Positions 48,364 to 61,443 of a DNA stretch of 64,000 nt are shown in pieces (positions within the stretch are counted from its first letter, which is position 1; the number at the start of each line of letters is the position of its first letter). Source of the DNA: Octopus sinensis (lineage: Eukaryota); assembly GCF_006345805.1 (NCBI RefSeq), contig NC_043017.1:9362001-9426000 (forward strand), in the 5' to 3' direction. The position numbers and the translations under genes were made by a program. The notes under the pieces were generated by a model. It saw only the letters and a list, made by a program, of their open reading frames with translations, was not told the DNA's origin and made no database searches.

Positions 48364-51090
48364 ATGTTAGGGAACATGGGCCAGAGTGGTGGGGAGTATG
48401 TGGGTAGCCCAGTCTTCGCTGGCTCGTCCACAGCACTAGTGGCGATGAAATGCCAAGAAACTGAACAGAGATCAGACCTCAGTGCTGGCAGCAGCTGCAA
48501 CTCACCTAATACCGGTGCCACCATTGAGGTGCACAACAGTAATAACTCTTCTAACACTAGTGCAACTACTGAAGTGCACAATAGCAATAACCTGCAAAAA
48601 ACAGAACATGAAACTCAACATTATTCCAAAGCCAATTCCCCGAGTCACATTCTAAAACCCAAAATCACCCGCGGACTTTACAGACAACAACCACCTCCAA
48701 ACCTTGAATATCATCCTGATCTATCGTGGTTTCGACCTTGGAAAGGAAGAAAACTGTTGTTAGAAGGGCAAGATGCCCCTGGGGGCCAAAAGCCACAGTT
48801 ATTTGACTCCCAGCAGGGGTCGAGCAAAAACCTAAGTCCCAACTATAAATCAAAATCTCCCCTTGCATCCCCGTTGCGTTACCTCCACAGTTTCACTTAT
48901 TCGGATGTGAGTGATGTGTCTGAAGACAGTGGTGGCGGCACCAGCAGTCGAGAGCCATCGCCTGCCAAGGAACAGGATCTTGAAGACCATCAGAACCAGT
49001 GTCTACAGTCACCGTCCAAACTTAAATTGGACGAGTCTGTATCTTCAGAGAAATCCCCCAAAATGCTACGAATCAGCACTTCGGAATGTACAAACGTTGA
49101 AACCCGGTCGTCTGACTCCGACAGGTCCCCCAATCGGACAGAGTCGAGTGGCCAGTGGCGGTGTGAGGACGAAGGCAATCGAGGAATCGAGAAACCTTTA
49201 GTTCGTCACGGTAGTTACAAAAAGATCCTTCAGGCTCGCTATCTGTCGAGTATTGAAGACGATAGCAGTGTTTGTCAGATGGATCTGAAGGAAGACGACA
49301 CAAAGGACAACGATGTCTTTATGCCTGCTGAAAATCCTCAAGACGAACCAAACCAAAGCATCTCTTCAACTGCTGATATCAACTCTAACCAAACCTCACT
49401 GGCTTCAACTGTTGGCCAGCCACAATCTTCGAACACATCACTAGCCAGCGGACTTCAATGTGAACCCCTCGATCTGTCAAGTCGGACATACGAGACATCC
49501 CCCACAAAAGGCCCTCCAATGACAATATCAGAAATTGTCTGCCCCCCTCCACCTGAACCTTTTACTTTATCTCCTTCTTCTTACATCAGGTCACCGCCTT
49601 TTTATTCAAAGCATTTGCTGTCACCTCGATCACCTCTTTGTTCTGTACCTGAAGGGGGGCATGTATTCAACTTTAACTTGCCTTCTCCTCTGGAAGGCAC
49701 CCATTCTGACTCAGAGGTCGCCTCACCTAGTCCCCGTTCTCCAAGTTACCATTTTACATTCCCACCTCGGCCGTCTTTGGTCAGCTCCTTACCCGACTTC
49801 AAGCGACACCCCGTTTCCCCAAGGGCCTTCTACCCAAGCAGTCCAATACCTCTCTCACCTTCTCAGCCCCAGTCTGCCGGCGCTGGTAGCCGACACCCTT
49901 ACAGTCCCATCAGTAATAGTGGGGGGAACGAAGATTCCCGTGAGAGACATGCATTTTCTGATTCGGACGTAACATATCTGTGCCCTGTCTGTGACCAGGC
50001 TTTCCCCTCTTATGACAACCTTACCAAACACATGGCCAAGCATCTCCCCACGGAGACAGTGCGTACGGGCGACAACAACAAAGTGCATTACTGCAAAGTG
50101 TGTCGCCGTGCTTTCTCCCGTAGCGATATGCTCACCCGACACATGCGCTTGCACACAGGCCTGAAACCTTATGAGTGTCGCATCTGCGGACAGGTGTTTA
50201 GCCGCAGCGATCACTTGAACACACACCAGCGGACACATACAGGCGAGAAGCCATACAAGTGTCCGCAGTGTCCGTACGCTGCGTGCCGGCGTGACATGAT
50301 CACACGACACATGCGTATCCACCTGAAACGGTCGTCAAAGAAGAAATATCCACCATTCCAAAGCAAAGATGAACCGGACACACCGGCATCGAACAACACT
50401 CCAACACCCAAGGGATCACTCTCCAGCGGTGACGCCACGGACTCTCCTGACCAATCAGCTCGTGCCTGCTCTGTGTCCAGTGCCGACAGCATCGACTCGG
50501 AACAGAACAGCGGAAGCAGTAGCAGCTTGCAACAGCAGAAGCAGCAGGCCTTCGTTGGTGGCTCGTCATCAGAAGGCATTGAAGCTGACCGCAGTAGTAG
50601 CAGCAGCGGGCGGCCTCGATTCTGGTCGACGGCCAGTGGTGAGAGTACCGATCTTGAGGAGCATGTTGGTATTAGCAGCGGCGGCAACATAAGCAACACC
50701 AGTAGCAGTAACAGCAGCACCAACATCAATACAACCAATACCACTAACAACAACAACAGAAATACAAACAGCCCTCTAGTGGCAGCCGTGTTCATGGAAA
50801 GTGGTGAAGGGGTTCTGCCCCCACATCTTAATTATCGAAAGACACGGAACTGGTCTGTCACCAGTCATGAGAGTATAGATTCCGAAGAGATGGCACCTGG
50901 CTGTCAGGATGCCTTTGTCGACGAACTGGCCTTCGAGAGTGACCGGCCAGTGGCAGCACCGACGTCATTGTCGTCGTCGTCATCGTCAACGACGACGGCA
51001 GTCATCTCCGACGAATCTCTAAAGTCAGAAAGTCCGGCCATTGATACCGAAAGTTTGCAGAAGTTTAGTATTAGCTCCGACAGGAGTTGA
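48364..51090 (+). CDS. klu: Klumpfuss-like (EGR/WT1-related) four-finger C2H2 zinc-finger transcription factor, 908 aa, single coding exon
   Basis: The only long non-repetitive ORF. ATG has A at -3 and an in-frame TAG lies upstream at 48301. Fingers: [84 protein letters not shown], with TGLKPY/TGEKPY linkers. From memory, fingers 2-4 and the detached first finger closely match Drosophila Klumpfuss. The CDS is near-certain; orthology needs a tree. Confidence 0.9.
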   Translation: MLGNMGQSGGEYVGSPVFAGSSTALVAMKCQETEQRSDLSAGSSCNSPNTGATIEVHNSNNSSNTSATTEVHNSNNLQKTEHETQHYSKANSPSHILKPKITRGLYRQQPPPNLEYHPDLSWFRPWKGRKLLLEGQDAPGGQKPQLFDSQQGSSKNLSPNYKSKSPLASPLRYLHSFTYSDVSDVSEDSGGGTSSREPSPAKEQDLEDHQNQCLQSPSKLKLDESVSSEKSPKMLRISTSECTNVETRSSDSDRSPNRTESSGQWRCEDEGNRGIEKPLVRHGSYKKILQARYLSSIEDDSSVCQMDLKEDDTKDNDVFMPAENPQDEPNQSISSTADINSNQTSLASTVGQPQSSNTSLASGLQCEPLDLSSRTYETSPTKGPPMTISEIVCPPPPEPFTLSPSSYIRSPPFYSKHLLSPRSPLCSVPEGGHVFNFNLPSPLEGTHSDSEVASPSPRSPSYHFTFPPRPSLVSSLPDFKRHPVSPRAFYPSSPIPLSPSQPQSAGAGSRHPYSPISNSGGNEDSRERHAFSDSDVTYLCPVCDQAFPSYDNLTKHMAKHLPTETVRTGDNNKVHYCKVCRRAFSRSDMLTRHMRLHTGLKPYECRICGQVFSRSDHLNTHQRTHTGEKPYKCPQCPYAACRRDMITRHMRIHLKRSSKKKYPPFQSKDEPDTPASNNTPTPKGSLSSGDATDSPDQSARACSVSSADSIDSEQNSGSSSSLQQQKQQAFVGGSSSEGIEADRSSSSSGRPRFWSTASGESTDLEEHVGISSGGNISNTSSSNSSTNINTTNTTNNNNRNTNSPLVAAVFMESGEGVLPPHLNYRKTRNWSVTSHESIDSEEMAPGCQDAFVDELAFESDRPVAAPTSLSSSSSSTTTAVISDESLKSESPAIDTESLQKFSISSDRS
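49981..50322 (+). other. C2H2 zinc-finger array (C540-H653) within the CDS
   Basis: Four CX2CX12HX3H units; recognition helices RSDMLTR, RSDHLNT and RRDMITR are EGR-like and predict G-rich GCG(T/G)GGG-type sites. Confidence 0.95.
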
Positions 51091-51449
51091 CATTGTTTGG
51101 GCAGAGGTGACCTTGAGGAGAGAGAGGGTGGGGGTGGGTTCACGGTGAGGTGATGCTGAGTTGGGTGTAAATAATGGAAAAGACAAACGTGGAGATGAAC
51201 TGAAGAACTCGCGGGGGAGACGAAGAAAAAGAAGTAAAAACGTGGGGTTAAATACAAAAAAAATGAATAACAGTTTCTCATTTTCTCCCAAACTTTTCCC
51301 TATGACCCCTATTTTTGATGAAAAGTAGGGGAGATGAAAAAAATGAAAAAGAGGTGAAAAAAGAAGGAGAATTAACAGTTTCTCCTAAATAATTAAAAAA
51401 AATGTTTAATTTGAGAAAACAATATGTGTATAAGGAGAAAGAAAAACAA

Positions 51450-52200
51450 TAATGATCATAATAATAATTGTAATGATCATAATGATAATGACAATAATGA
51501 TCATGATAACAATAATAATGATAATTCTGATCATATAATATGATGGTAATGAATGCAATAAGAATGATAGCAATGATCATAATAACGACAGTAATGATCC
51601 ATGATAATGACTACTGATCATAATAATTAATGATGGTAATGATCATAATACTAATGATGGGGATGATCATAGTAAAAACAATAATGACAGTAATGATCAT
51701 AATATGAATGCCAGTAATGATTAATCATAGAGACACAGTAATGATCATAGTAATAATGCCAGTAATGATCATCATAATAAAGACAATATTGATCATAATA
51801 TTAATGCCAGTAATGATCATCATAGTAAAGACAGTTATGATCATAATAATAATAACGGTAATGATCATAATAGCAGTGACTGTAAGGATCATAATAATGA
51901 TGGTAAGCATTATAATGAGAGTAATAATGATGATGGTAGTGATCATAATAATTAATGACAGTAATGAGCAATGATGATAATGATCATAATAATAATGATT
52001 ATAATGACAGTAATGATCATAAAAGTAATTACAGTAATGATCTTAACTATGATGACACTAATGATGATAACATCTTTGATGGTAATGATCACTAATAATG
52101 TTGATGCCAATGATCATAACACTAAAGACTAATGATCATAATAATAATGAAGGTAATGATCATAATTTTTTTAAAGAAAAAGAAAAAAATCATAATAATA
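51450..52200. repeat. Degenerate AAT/TGATCA-rich tandem repeat just 3' of the stop codon
   Basis: Many aatgatcataat units. Confidence 0.8.
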
Positions 52201-52578
52201 ATAATTAAATAAAAAATATAAATAAATAAAAGAAAACAAACGATGTTATCTCCAAGATAAACATTTGATAATAAACAACGCTGATAAAAGATTAAGTAAA
52301 CTGATTAATGAATGATTGAACAGATTTACAACTAACCCCACCCTCCCTTTCTTTACATACCCTTTCTCTCTCTGTCTCTCACTCTCTCTCTCTCACACAC
52401 ACACACACATAATGTTAAGCATTGAATCAACTGAAAGAAAGCAAATCTTTGCAATATCTTCAAAAGGTTTTTCCATTTCTTTTCATCACTCCACCACCTC
52501 TGCTCACCCCTGACCATACACACTCCTCAAAAGTTAATTCTTTACTATTATAATTATTATTATTATTATTATTATTAT

Positions 52579-52812
52579 TAAGGCAGCGAGCTGGCAGAAT
52601 CGTTAGCACTTCAGGCAAAACGCTTAGTGGTATTTCGTCTGCCGCTCTGTTCTGAGTTCAAATTCTGCCAAGGTCGACTTTGCCTTTCATCCTTTTGGGA
52701 TCGATTAAATAAGTACCAGTTACACTCTGGGGTCGATGTAATCAACTTACCCCCTCCCTGCAAATTTTAGGCCTTGTGCTTATAGTAGAAAGGATTATTA
52801 TTATTATTATTA
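52579..52812 (+). mobile_element. SINE A, (ATT)n-tailed variant (partial copy follows at about 52835-52975)
   Basis: A and B boxes and the same 3' end as the 12165 cluster. Confidence 0.75.
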
Positions 52813-54156
52813 TTCTAAAAGAAACCTTTGTTTTGAGTTCAAATCTCACCCTGGTCAACTTTGCCTTTCATACTTTGAGGGTCAATAAAATAAAGACCAG
52901 TTTATCACTGGGGTCATTGTAATCGACTAGCCCCATCCTCCCACTAGGCCTTGTACCTATATTTGAAGGGGTTTTTATTATTACTGTTATTATTATTATT
53001 ATTATTATACGAAATAGATACAAGGTGAGGCAGAGAGAGGGGTGGGTTAATATTACACAGAAGTGGTTGTTTGATGAAAATGAAGAAAACACACTCCCTT
53101 CAACCCCCCACCCCCATCGCTCGTACCACCCCTCCCTTCTCCACCCACACCGTTAAATCACAAGAAGACACCGAGGGAAATTTCTAAAACAAATCAATTA
53201 ATAATAATAATATTATAAATGTAATAGCAAAAAGAAAAAAACAAAAACGACAGAATTGGTCGACTGATTGTTTTTTTTTTAATTTGATAACAGAGAATAT
53301 TTTTTAGCAATTCAATTATATATATACATATATATATGTCTGTGTATATGTATATATATATATATATATATAATATATATATATATATATACACACATAT
53401 ATACATATATATGTATATATATATATTATATATATAATATATATATACATACATATGTCTATATACATATGTCTATATTCATATGTCTATATATATATAT
53501 ATATACATAAATATATATATGTGTATATATATATATATATGTGTGTGTGTATATATATATAGTTAAGTATGTTTTATACATCTATATATATGTATACACA
53601 CATATATAAGCTTATATGTATATACATATGTGTGTGTGTTAAACATGTAATATATATATATAGATACACACACACATATATATAAGATTATTTTATATAT
53701 ATGTATGTGTGTGTATATATATATACATATAAGCATGCTTTATACATATATAACATATATGACATACAGACACTACGACATGCATGTCGTTCAACAACAA
53801 AACAACATTGTCATCATCGTCATCATCACCATTATTCCTTCATTAACAACAACAAGAAGAACATGAATGCCAGCCAACAAAAATGACATTATCTTTCCTC
53901 ATCATCATCACCAAGCACCACCACCACCCAACCCCCTTTCCAACAATGACAACCCCCAACATTTATCATCACTAACAACAACAACAACAAGAACATCAGG
54001 AAACAATAAATTAAAACAAAAAGGGATTTTTTTTTTTGCAGAAGAAAAGAAAGAAAGAAAGAAAGAATATATTTGATGAAAGAATGGAAGAAAAAAAATA
54101 AGAGAGTTGTGTGGGGATGGGGGGAGGGCATTATTTAAAAAAAAACATATTTGAAA

Positions 54157-54195
<39 letters not shown>

Positions 54196-56309
54196 AGAAA
54201 AAAGTAGTAATAATTTTATTGAAAACGGTAACCAAAACAACAGCAACAGTAATAATAATAATAATAATAATAATATAATAATAATAATAATAATTGATAA
54301 CAATAGCAGTAGCAACAACAATGATGACGATGATGATGATGATTATAATAATAATAATAATAATAATAGTAATAATATTTTTAATAAGAAAAAAATGATG
54401 ACGATGATGATGATGATGATGCTTACCTACCTACATGATGATTCTGTCACCGGAAATGCAAAATAATTGAAATTTTGAAGCAAAAAAAAATCCCCAGAAA
54501 AATCGATATTAATAAGGATAACAATTATTATTATTATTATTATTATAATTATTATTATTATTATTGTTGTTGTTGTTTAAACAGAGAAACAATAGCAACA
54601 ACTACAACAGGATTAATACAGAATTCTGTGTGAGAAGAATTCTAAATAGGGTTTGACCTTTCACCTTTTAACCTCTGTTTTTTTTTTTTTTACTTTTGTG
54701 AGTAGGTGTTGTGTGTGTGTGTGTGTGTTGTATGTAGCAAATGTATATCATAAATGTGTATATAGATAGTCTGTATGTAATTTATGTGCGTGTATGTATA
54801 TTTACAAGAAAAAGGTATATCTAACATGATGATGTGTGCCATAGATATTATGTTCAACATACAAGTGTTATATCTAATGCACGTGTGTATATATATATAT
54901 ATATACACTCACACCCATAGATATATATATATAATATATAAGTGTATAACATACATTACATTACATGCAATATATATATATATATATATATATATCTTGA
55001 TGAAATTTAATTATGTTGAGTTTCTCTTCCTACAGACCTTTTCCTTTTTTTTTCTTTTCATATAACAACATTCATTTTATATTACTCTGTGTGTGTGTGT
55101 GTGTGTGTGTATTCACCTCACTTATTTAAACAATGAAAACATTTTTTCTGTATTTTTTCTTCCTCCTGAAATGATTCCAAAGATTTTTACTAAAAGGCAT
55201 TTTTTTTTATATAAATTTAATATTTTTACACACACACACACACGCACACACATACACACACATATATGTATTATATATACCTACATGCATTTGTATGCAT
55301 ATGTATGGGAAGTGACTGTGTGTACACATGTCTATGTAAGTGTGTATATATATATATGTGTGTGTATGTTTGTGTGTTTATATATACTATAGAAAAGAAA
55401 TGTTATTGGGAGATATGCGCATATCTCTGTATTTGTATGTGTGCATGCACGTGTATGTATATGCATATATATATAATGTATGTATGTAAGTAGGCATGTT
55501 TGATATGTGTGTGTGTGTGTGTGAGAGAGTATGTAAACACAATAAAGTATATGTATATTAACCAAGATCCTCAGATACACAGCTCATACTCACACACAGA
55601 CACACATGACACATACTTGTGTGTACACAATTCTTGGTGACTTGTGTAGACTCTTGGATATTTCTAAGAAACCGGTGTTGAAATAGAGAAACCAAATGGA
55701 GGAACCTTCATTTTTTAAATTATTTTTTTCCTTATTCCATGTGGAATATGTAAATAGTTTTTTTTTTTACTTTATTTTACTTTTTTAAATTTTTTTTTAT
55801 TTTCTCTAAGTGTTATTTGTGCATCTGAGACAAGCTGAAGTTGAGTGTCACTTGAGTGAGTGAAGCTGTTGTAGAGTGTGATGTGTCAAAGAACAGGATT
55901 ATTTGAAAAAGACACTTTTGGAGTGTTGTTTGTTTTTCTTTGTGAAACAAAGACCGGGTCTTGTCTGATGATGAAGATTTTGGCCTGTCATGAATGGAAT
56001 ATGAAAACTCCAAATAATCTTTATTGAGTGCAACATTGGACTTTAAAAAAACTTCTTTTTTTTTGTTTTTGTTTTTGGGGTGGGGTGGAGGTTGAGAAAC
56101 AAGGCTGAGTCTTGTTTGGTGAAGATTTTGGTCTGTCTTGAATGATGGAATATGAAGTAAAATATCTTTTTTTTAAGTGCAACATTGGCCATGAAGAATT
56201 GGCATTGTCCTGATAATTAGGCTCTCTCTCTCTTTCTCTTTCTCTGTCAGTCTGTCTCTCTCCCTCTCAGTGCAACCTCTTTTCTAATTTGGTCATCAAA
56301 AACTGGACC

Positions 56310-57020
56310 TATGTAACAAGGTTCTATCACTTATCTCTGGAATAGGGACCTGATATGTAATGTGACAAGCTCCCATGTTGCATGCACCCTTTCGAAATAC
56401 AGATAGAAATGTAACAAAACCCTGTCACATCCTTCTGAAATAGTGATATATATAACAAAGCCCTGTGTTACTCATCTGAAATAAACAATAAACATGTAAC
56501 TCGGCCCTGTTACAGTTCTGTGAAATAATTATAAGATGTAACTTGAGCCCTGTTACACTCTTCAGTAATGGTGATAAATTTTTGCAAGTTCTTGTTACAC
56601 TCCTTTTGAAATAAGGATAAATTTGTAACAGGACCTGTCAAGCTCTTGTTACATTAATATGTAACAAGATCCTGTCACACCTGAATCAGTATGTAACAAT
56701 GTGATGTCACATCCCTCTGAAATTGTGATCACCATATATCAACATGCTGTCCTACTCCTCCAAAATAGTGATTATTATGTAACAAGGTGCTGTGACATCT
56801 GGCTGGTATTATGATCCATATGTAACAAAGTGCTGTCACATCATTGTGTAACATAGTCCTGTCACACTTCTTTTTTTTTTAAATAATAATTTTAAAAAAT
56901 GTCACCCCTGCCTTCAGTGGTTACAGATATGTAACAACACTGTGACACCCTCATTGAAATGATAACCCTAACCCTCATTAAAAAAAAATAATGATAACTA
57001 TGTAACAAGATCCTGTTACA
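56310..57020. repeat. Degenerate array of TGTAACA-N6-TGT(T/C)ACA palindromic units
   Basis: For example tgtaacaagatcctgttaca at 57001-57020; a dozen or more variants. Confidence 0.7.
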
Positions 57021-57339
57021 ACCTCCACCCACCACCCCTACTGCAATGGTGACCAATACACAAGAGAATTCATGTCGCGGTACAATAAAAAAAAAACTCT
57101 TAAACCCTCCTAAAAAAACCAAAATTTTACATATCTTTTGTGATATTTATTTTTGCTGTTGTTCGTTTTTATTTCTTATTAACCTGTATTTTGGTATCTT
57201 TTTTCTCTTTTTAAACCTTTCTCTTTGTCTTTGGAATAATGATATTTTTACCTGAGATTCTCTGATGTTCGTTTATTACAACACTGCAATGAGCTTTTTT
57301 ATATGTCGTGTCATTTTCTTGCCAAATTTAGTTTCCATC

Positions 57340-57830
57340 AGTTCAACCTATGATATGTTCACCTTTTCCAATGCGTTCACCTTCTTTGATCACTCCATCC
57401 TTTACCTGTTCACTATTTTTCAGCCTGTTCACTTCACCCTTTTTACCTGTTCACTTTTTTACACATTCATCTTCTTTGTTCACTTCACCTGTTCACCTTC
57501 TTCGTTCACTTCGCCCATTCACCTTTGATCACTTCACCTTTTTTCCTGTTCACCTTCTTTATTCACTTCACCCATTCACCTTTGATCACTTCACCTTTTT
57601 TCCTGTTCACCTTCTTTATTCACTTCACCCATTCACCTTCTTTGATCACTTGATCTTTTAATCTGTTCACTTTCTTCAACCACTTCACCTTTTGATCTGT
57701 TCACCTTTATCAATCAGTTTCACCTTTTACCTGTTCACTTTCAACACTCAGTTTTCCTTTAATCAGTCAACCTTCCATGATTAGTGCACCTGTGATCCGT
57801 TCACTTGATTCAATCAGTTCACTTTTCTTC
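57340..57830. repeat. Pyrimidine-rich TTCAC(C/T)T short-unit array with an exact internal duplication
   Basis: Repeated ttcacct/ctgttcac/tgatcac motifs. Confidence 0.75.
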
Positions 57831-59336
57831 CTTGAACAAGCTTGGGGGACAAACCCTCAGCCTTCGACAGGTTTACGCCACTTCTGTTGTCTTTAACAAC
57901 CTGGCCCCGCTTTTTACCCCTGTTTCCCTTGTGGGAACCTGCCTGGACAGTTTCACCTCTGGTTTTTGTACACCACCCCAAACCCCCTACCCCTTCCTGC
58001 CCTGCATTGTACAGCTTCTCTAGTCAACTCAGACTGAACCCTTCCAGCCATGACACTTACCAAATAAAACCTTTTGATTGATTCGTGAATATTCTCGAAT
58101 AAACCAGAATGCAGTCTGAGACTGAATCCAATTGGTTATCCTCCCCATCCCCTCCTACCAGATCCACCTCTCATCTTCTCACTTTGTATCTTATTGGTTC
58201 CCCCAGATACACCTCTCTCTCTCTCTCTCCCCACACACCCACATTCCATTTATCTTGCTAGAAGACTATTGGTAATCACTCAAAATTCCAACATTGGTGA
58301 CCCTGCCCTGTACCTCCATACTACCCCACTCCCCACCCCCACAGGTATTTCAGTTAAACAACCAGTTCTTTAATATATCCATCTTTCCGTCACCACACAC
58401 ACACAGATACACACACACACGCATGCACACACAGACATATTTACAATGTTTCTCAAAGACATCTAAATATTTGGCCAGCTTCCACTTCGACTCCCATCCT
58501 CCTCATCATTATCGGCATTGTCATCATAACCATCATCATCATCATCATCATCATAATCATCAAGATCATCATCTGTGTTTTCGTTTTCCTTTTTCTTCCC
58601 CCCCATGCTGGCATGGGTCAGACAGTCAGTCCTGCAGGACCTTGCCACAAGCAGGGTGAATTTTATCCTACCCCTGTTCCAGGACAGGTGTGCCTGCGGC
58701 AGGACTGTGGAGTCACCCTTCTTCTTCCTTCTCACCTCAGACTTTGTGTTTTGTTTTTGTTTTTTTTGTCTTTTTGTTTCCTTTTTTTAGAGAGTTAGTG
58801 TTGACACTCTTCATATTTTGTAACTCCATACTCTCTTTCTCTTGACACCATCACCACCACCACCGCCGCTGCCGCCATCTACATCAGTCATTAAACATAT
58901 TTTCCTCCATCACCACACTCGATTATTCCCCCTCCCCACCACACACACACAACCCCCACTACCTGTACTGATACTTGAACATTCTGCCTCCCTCACTGCC
59001 TCTTTCTCTCTTCCAATCTTCATTGTACATGATGAAAGCAACAGAAGACATATACCTTGAAACAATGTTTATCCCTCTTCACACACTCACTCTCTCTTTC
59101 TCTCCCTTTCTCTCTCTCTCTCTCCATATATATATATATATATATAACATGAGGGAGTTGTTTATAAGATATTTAGTAATGTTATCTTACACATGTTTCA
59201 TTAACAATGAATATTTATTACATAATCAACATGCATTGTCAAATCTCCAGAGAGATGTAACCTTTATATGTAACATTACTGGATTATTTGACATAAGTTA
59301 CTAACCTGGGTATAGCAACTATATACATATTCATAT

Positions 59337-59375
<39 letters not shown>

Positions 59376-59464
59376 GTTTGAAATTTAAATAATTTACATA
59401 TAGACCTGTTTCTCTCCTGTGGAAGTCCTTCAGGCGTCATTTGTTATGGAAGATGGGGGAAGAT

Positions 59465-59735
59465 GTGCCCTGTGATCAGAGTGGAAGGAACCTGTGAAAG
59501 AGTGAGGAACAATAAAGAATAAGAAGTTGTGGAAGTTGATCCACAAAGGATGCCTGAACTTCTTCAGGAAGGAAATTACAAAGGGTTGCTTGCATGTGTT
59601 GATGTGGTGTGCCAAGTAGCGAGACTTTGGTGGCTTGAAGGAGAGACCCGTCCAACTTGTGGGAAAAGCGTGGAAGAAAACATTATGAATGTGATGATGA
59701 TGATAATGATTGTGGTGGTGATGATGATGATGTAA
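59465..59735 (+). mobile_element. Old RTE 3' end with (GAT)n tail
   Basis: gtggaaggaacctgtgaaaga resembles the 32725 region (VEGT..GR) and ends in GAT repeats. Confidence 0.5.
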
Positions 59736-60189
59736 TCAACTAAAGCGCCATTAGATTTTGAGGGAAGAAAAACAATTTTCTAGATATTTCTATATTTCTA
59801 TACTTTAATCTCTATATGACTTGAACAGACACACACACATACACACTCTCTATACACATAAACACACAGTTGTATATCCCAATTGTAAATAATTCTAGGA
59901 CTAATATTGAGTTAGTCCTACTTAATCTAAAGCCACCTAATCTTGATAAAACACCTGCTGGAATATATTTAAAAATATATATATATATTATATATGATAT
60001 AAAAAGTAAACAATTTTTATCCTACATCTGTCACCAATAGCAACTAACTTTTATCAACTACATCATATTAAATATTTTTGGACTCTTCCATATGGCTTTT
60101 TTTTCCTTCTTGACCTGTTCCATACCATTTCTTATACACCCCCTTTGTTTCTTTGGACTCTTCCACACAGCATCTTGTAATAATAATTG

Positions 60190-60570
60190 CTTCCTTTTAT
60201 GGACTAATCCATACAGTTTCCTGTATAACTTGCATAACCTTTTATTTTTTTCACATGGACTTTTCCATCTAGTTTCTTGTATGACTCTTCCTTTAATGGA
60301 CTATTCTATTTAGCTTCTTGTATAACACTTCCTTTAATGGACTGTTCCATATAGCTTCTTGTACAGTACTTCCTTTAACAGACTGTTCCATATAACTTCT
60401 TGTTTAACACTTCACTTAATGGACTGCTCCATATCCATACAGATTCTTGAATTACCTTTTCTTCCTTGGAATGATCCACACAGTTGTTGTAATAACCATT
60501 CCTTATAATGGACTGTTCCATGCAACTTGTCATAATCCCCTTTTCACATAATGGACTGTTCCATAAGTAA
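60190..60570. repeat. 41-bp minisatellite with an ATGGA-CTGT-TCCAT hairpin core
   Basis: ATGGA starts at 60296, 60337 and 60419. Confidence 0.7.
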
Positions 60571-61409
60571 ATGTGATGTTCAATGCCCCCCTAACACACA
60601 CATACACACACACATAGTCTTTGAGATTTCAATAACCAATCAGTCTTAATAGAGCCATAATACAAGGTATGATGTGTCACTGTGGATGGTCACCTATCAT
60701 CCTCTCCAGATCCTTGGGAGGATTATGTGAACTAACAAAACTTCATCAACGTGAACATCAATTAAAAAACTTTACTTCTTTCTTTAACGAACCAAAATGG
60801 GAGACCTCTATGAAGTCTCTTGGCCTGCTAGAAATAGTAGCCAAATCTTCAAATTACATCCCAACTTCTTAAAAAAAAACTCAAAATATAAAAAAAAAAA
60901 ACAGAAGGGCACATAGGATAATGTAGTCCTAGATAGACTATGCCTGAAAATGATATTTTCTCATTCTTTCTTAGTCATAAGGAAGAGATCCTAGCTGGGC
61001 TGTTCTTAATTCTTGGTGTTTCACCTCCTACCCCCACTACCTCCCACTTTTGCCTATCACTATAAGTGCCACCATGGCCCTATTGCTCGTCTTTTTATAT
61101 GGCACTCTGAGGTGCCATGATGTTGCTTTCTATATAGAATTACAACCTCCCTTCCATCTTATCCTACTCTTTGCTGCCATTTTCTAAGAATACATGGTAT
61201 TAACTAGTAATAAAAATTATAAAAACAAAAAAAACGAAGGGTATTGAAAGAAATTGTTTTGTGTCAGTACCAAGATATAGTTGGTTGTCTTAGAAATTGC
61301 ATTCACAGTCACATTATGTCTGAAATAGCAACAATTAAAAAAAATTCTTACAAACTTTTGACATATTCTTGCCTTAGTGTTACAGTAGAAGCTCAGCAGA
61401 ATTTGGTTC

Positions 61410-61443
<34 letters not shown>

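Noticed and set aside
49855-51281. Antisense ORFs of 125-194 aa overlapping the zinc-finger gene
   Set aside because: Shadow frames of a GC-richer coding region; no independent domain signal.
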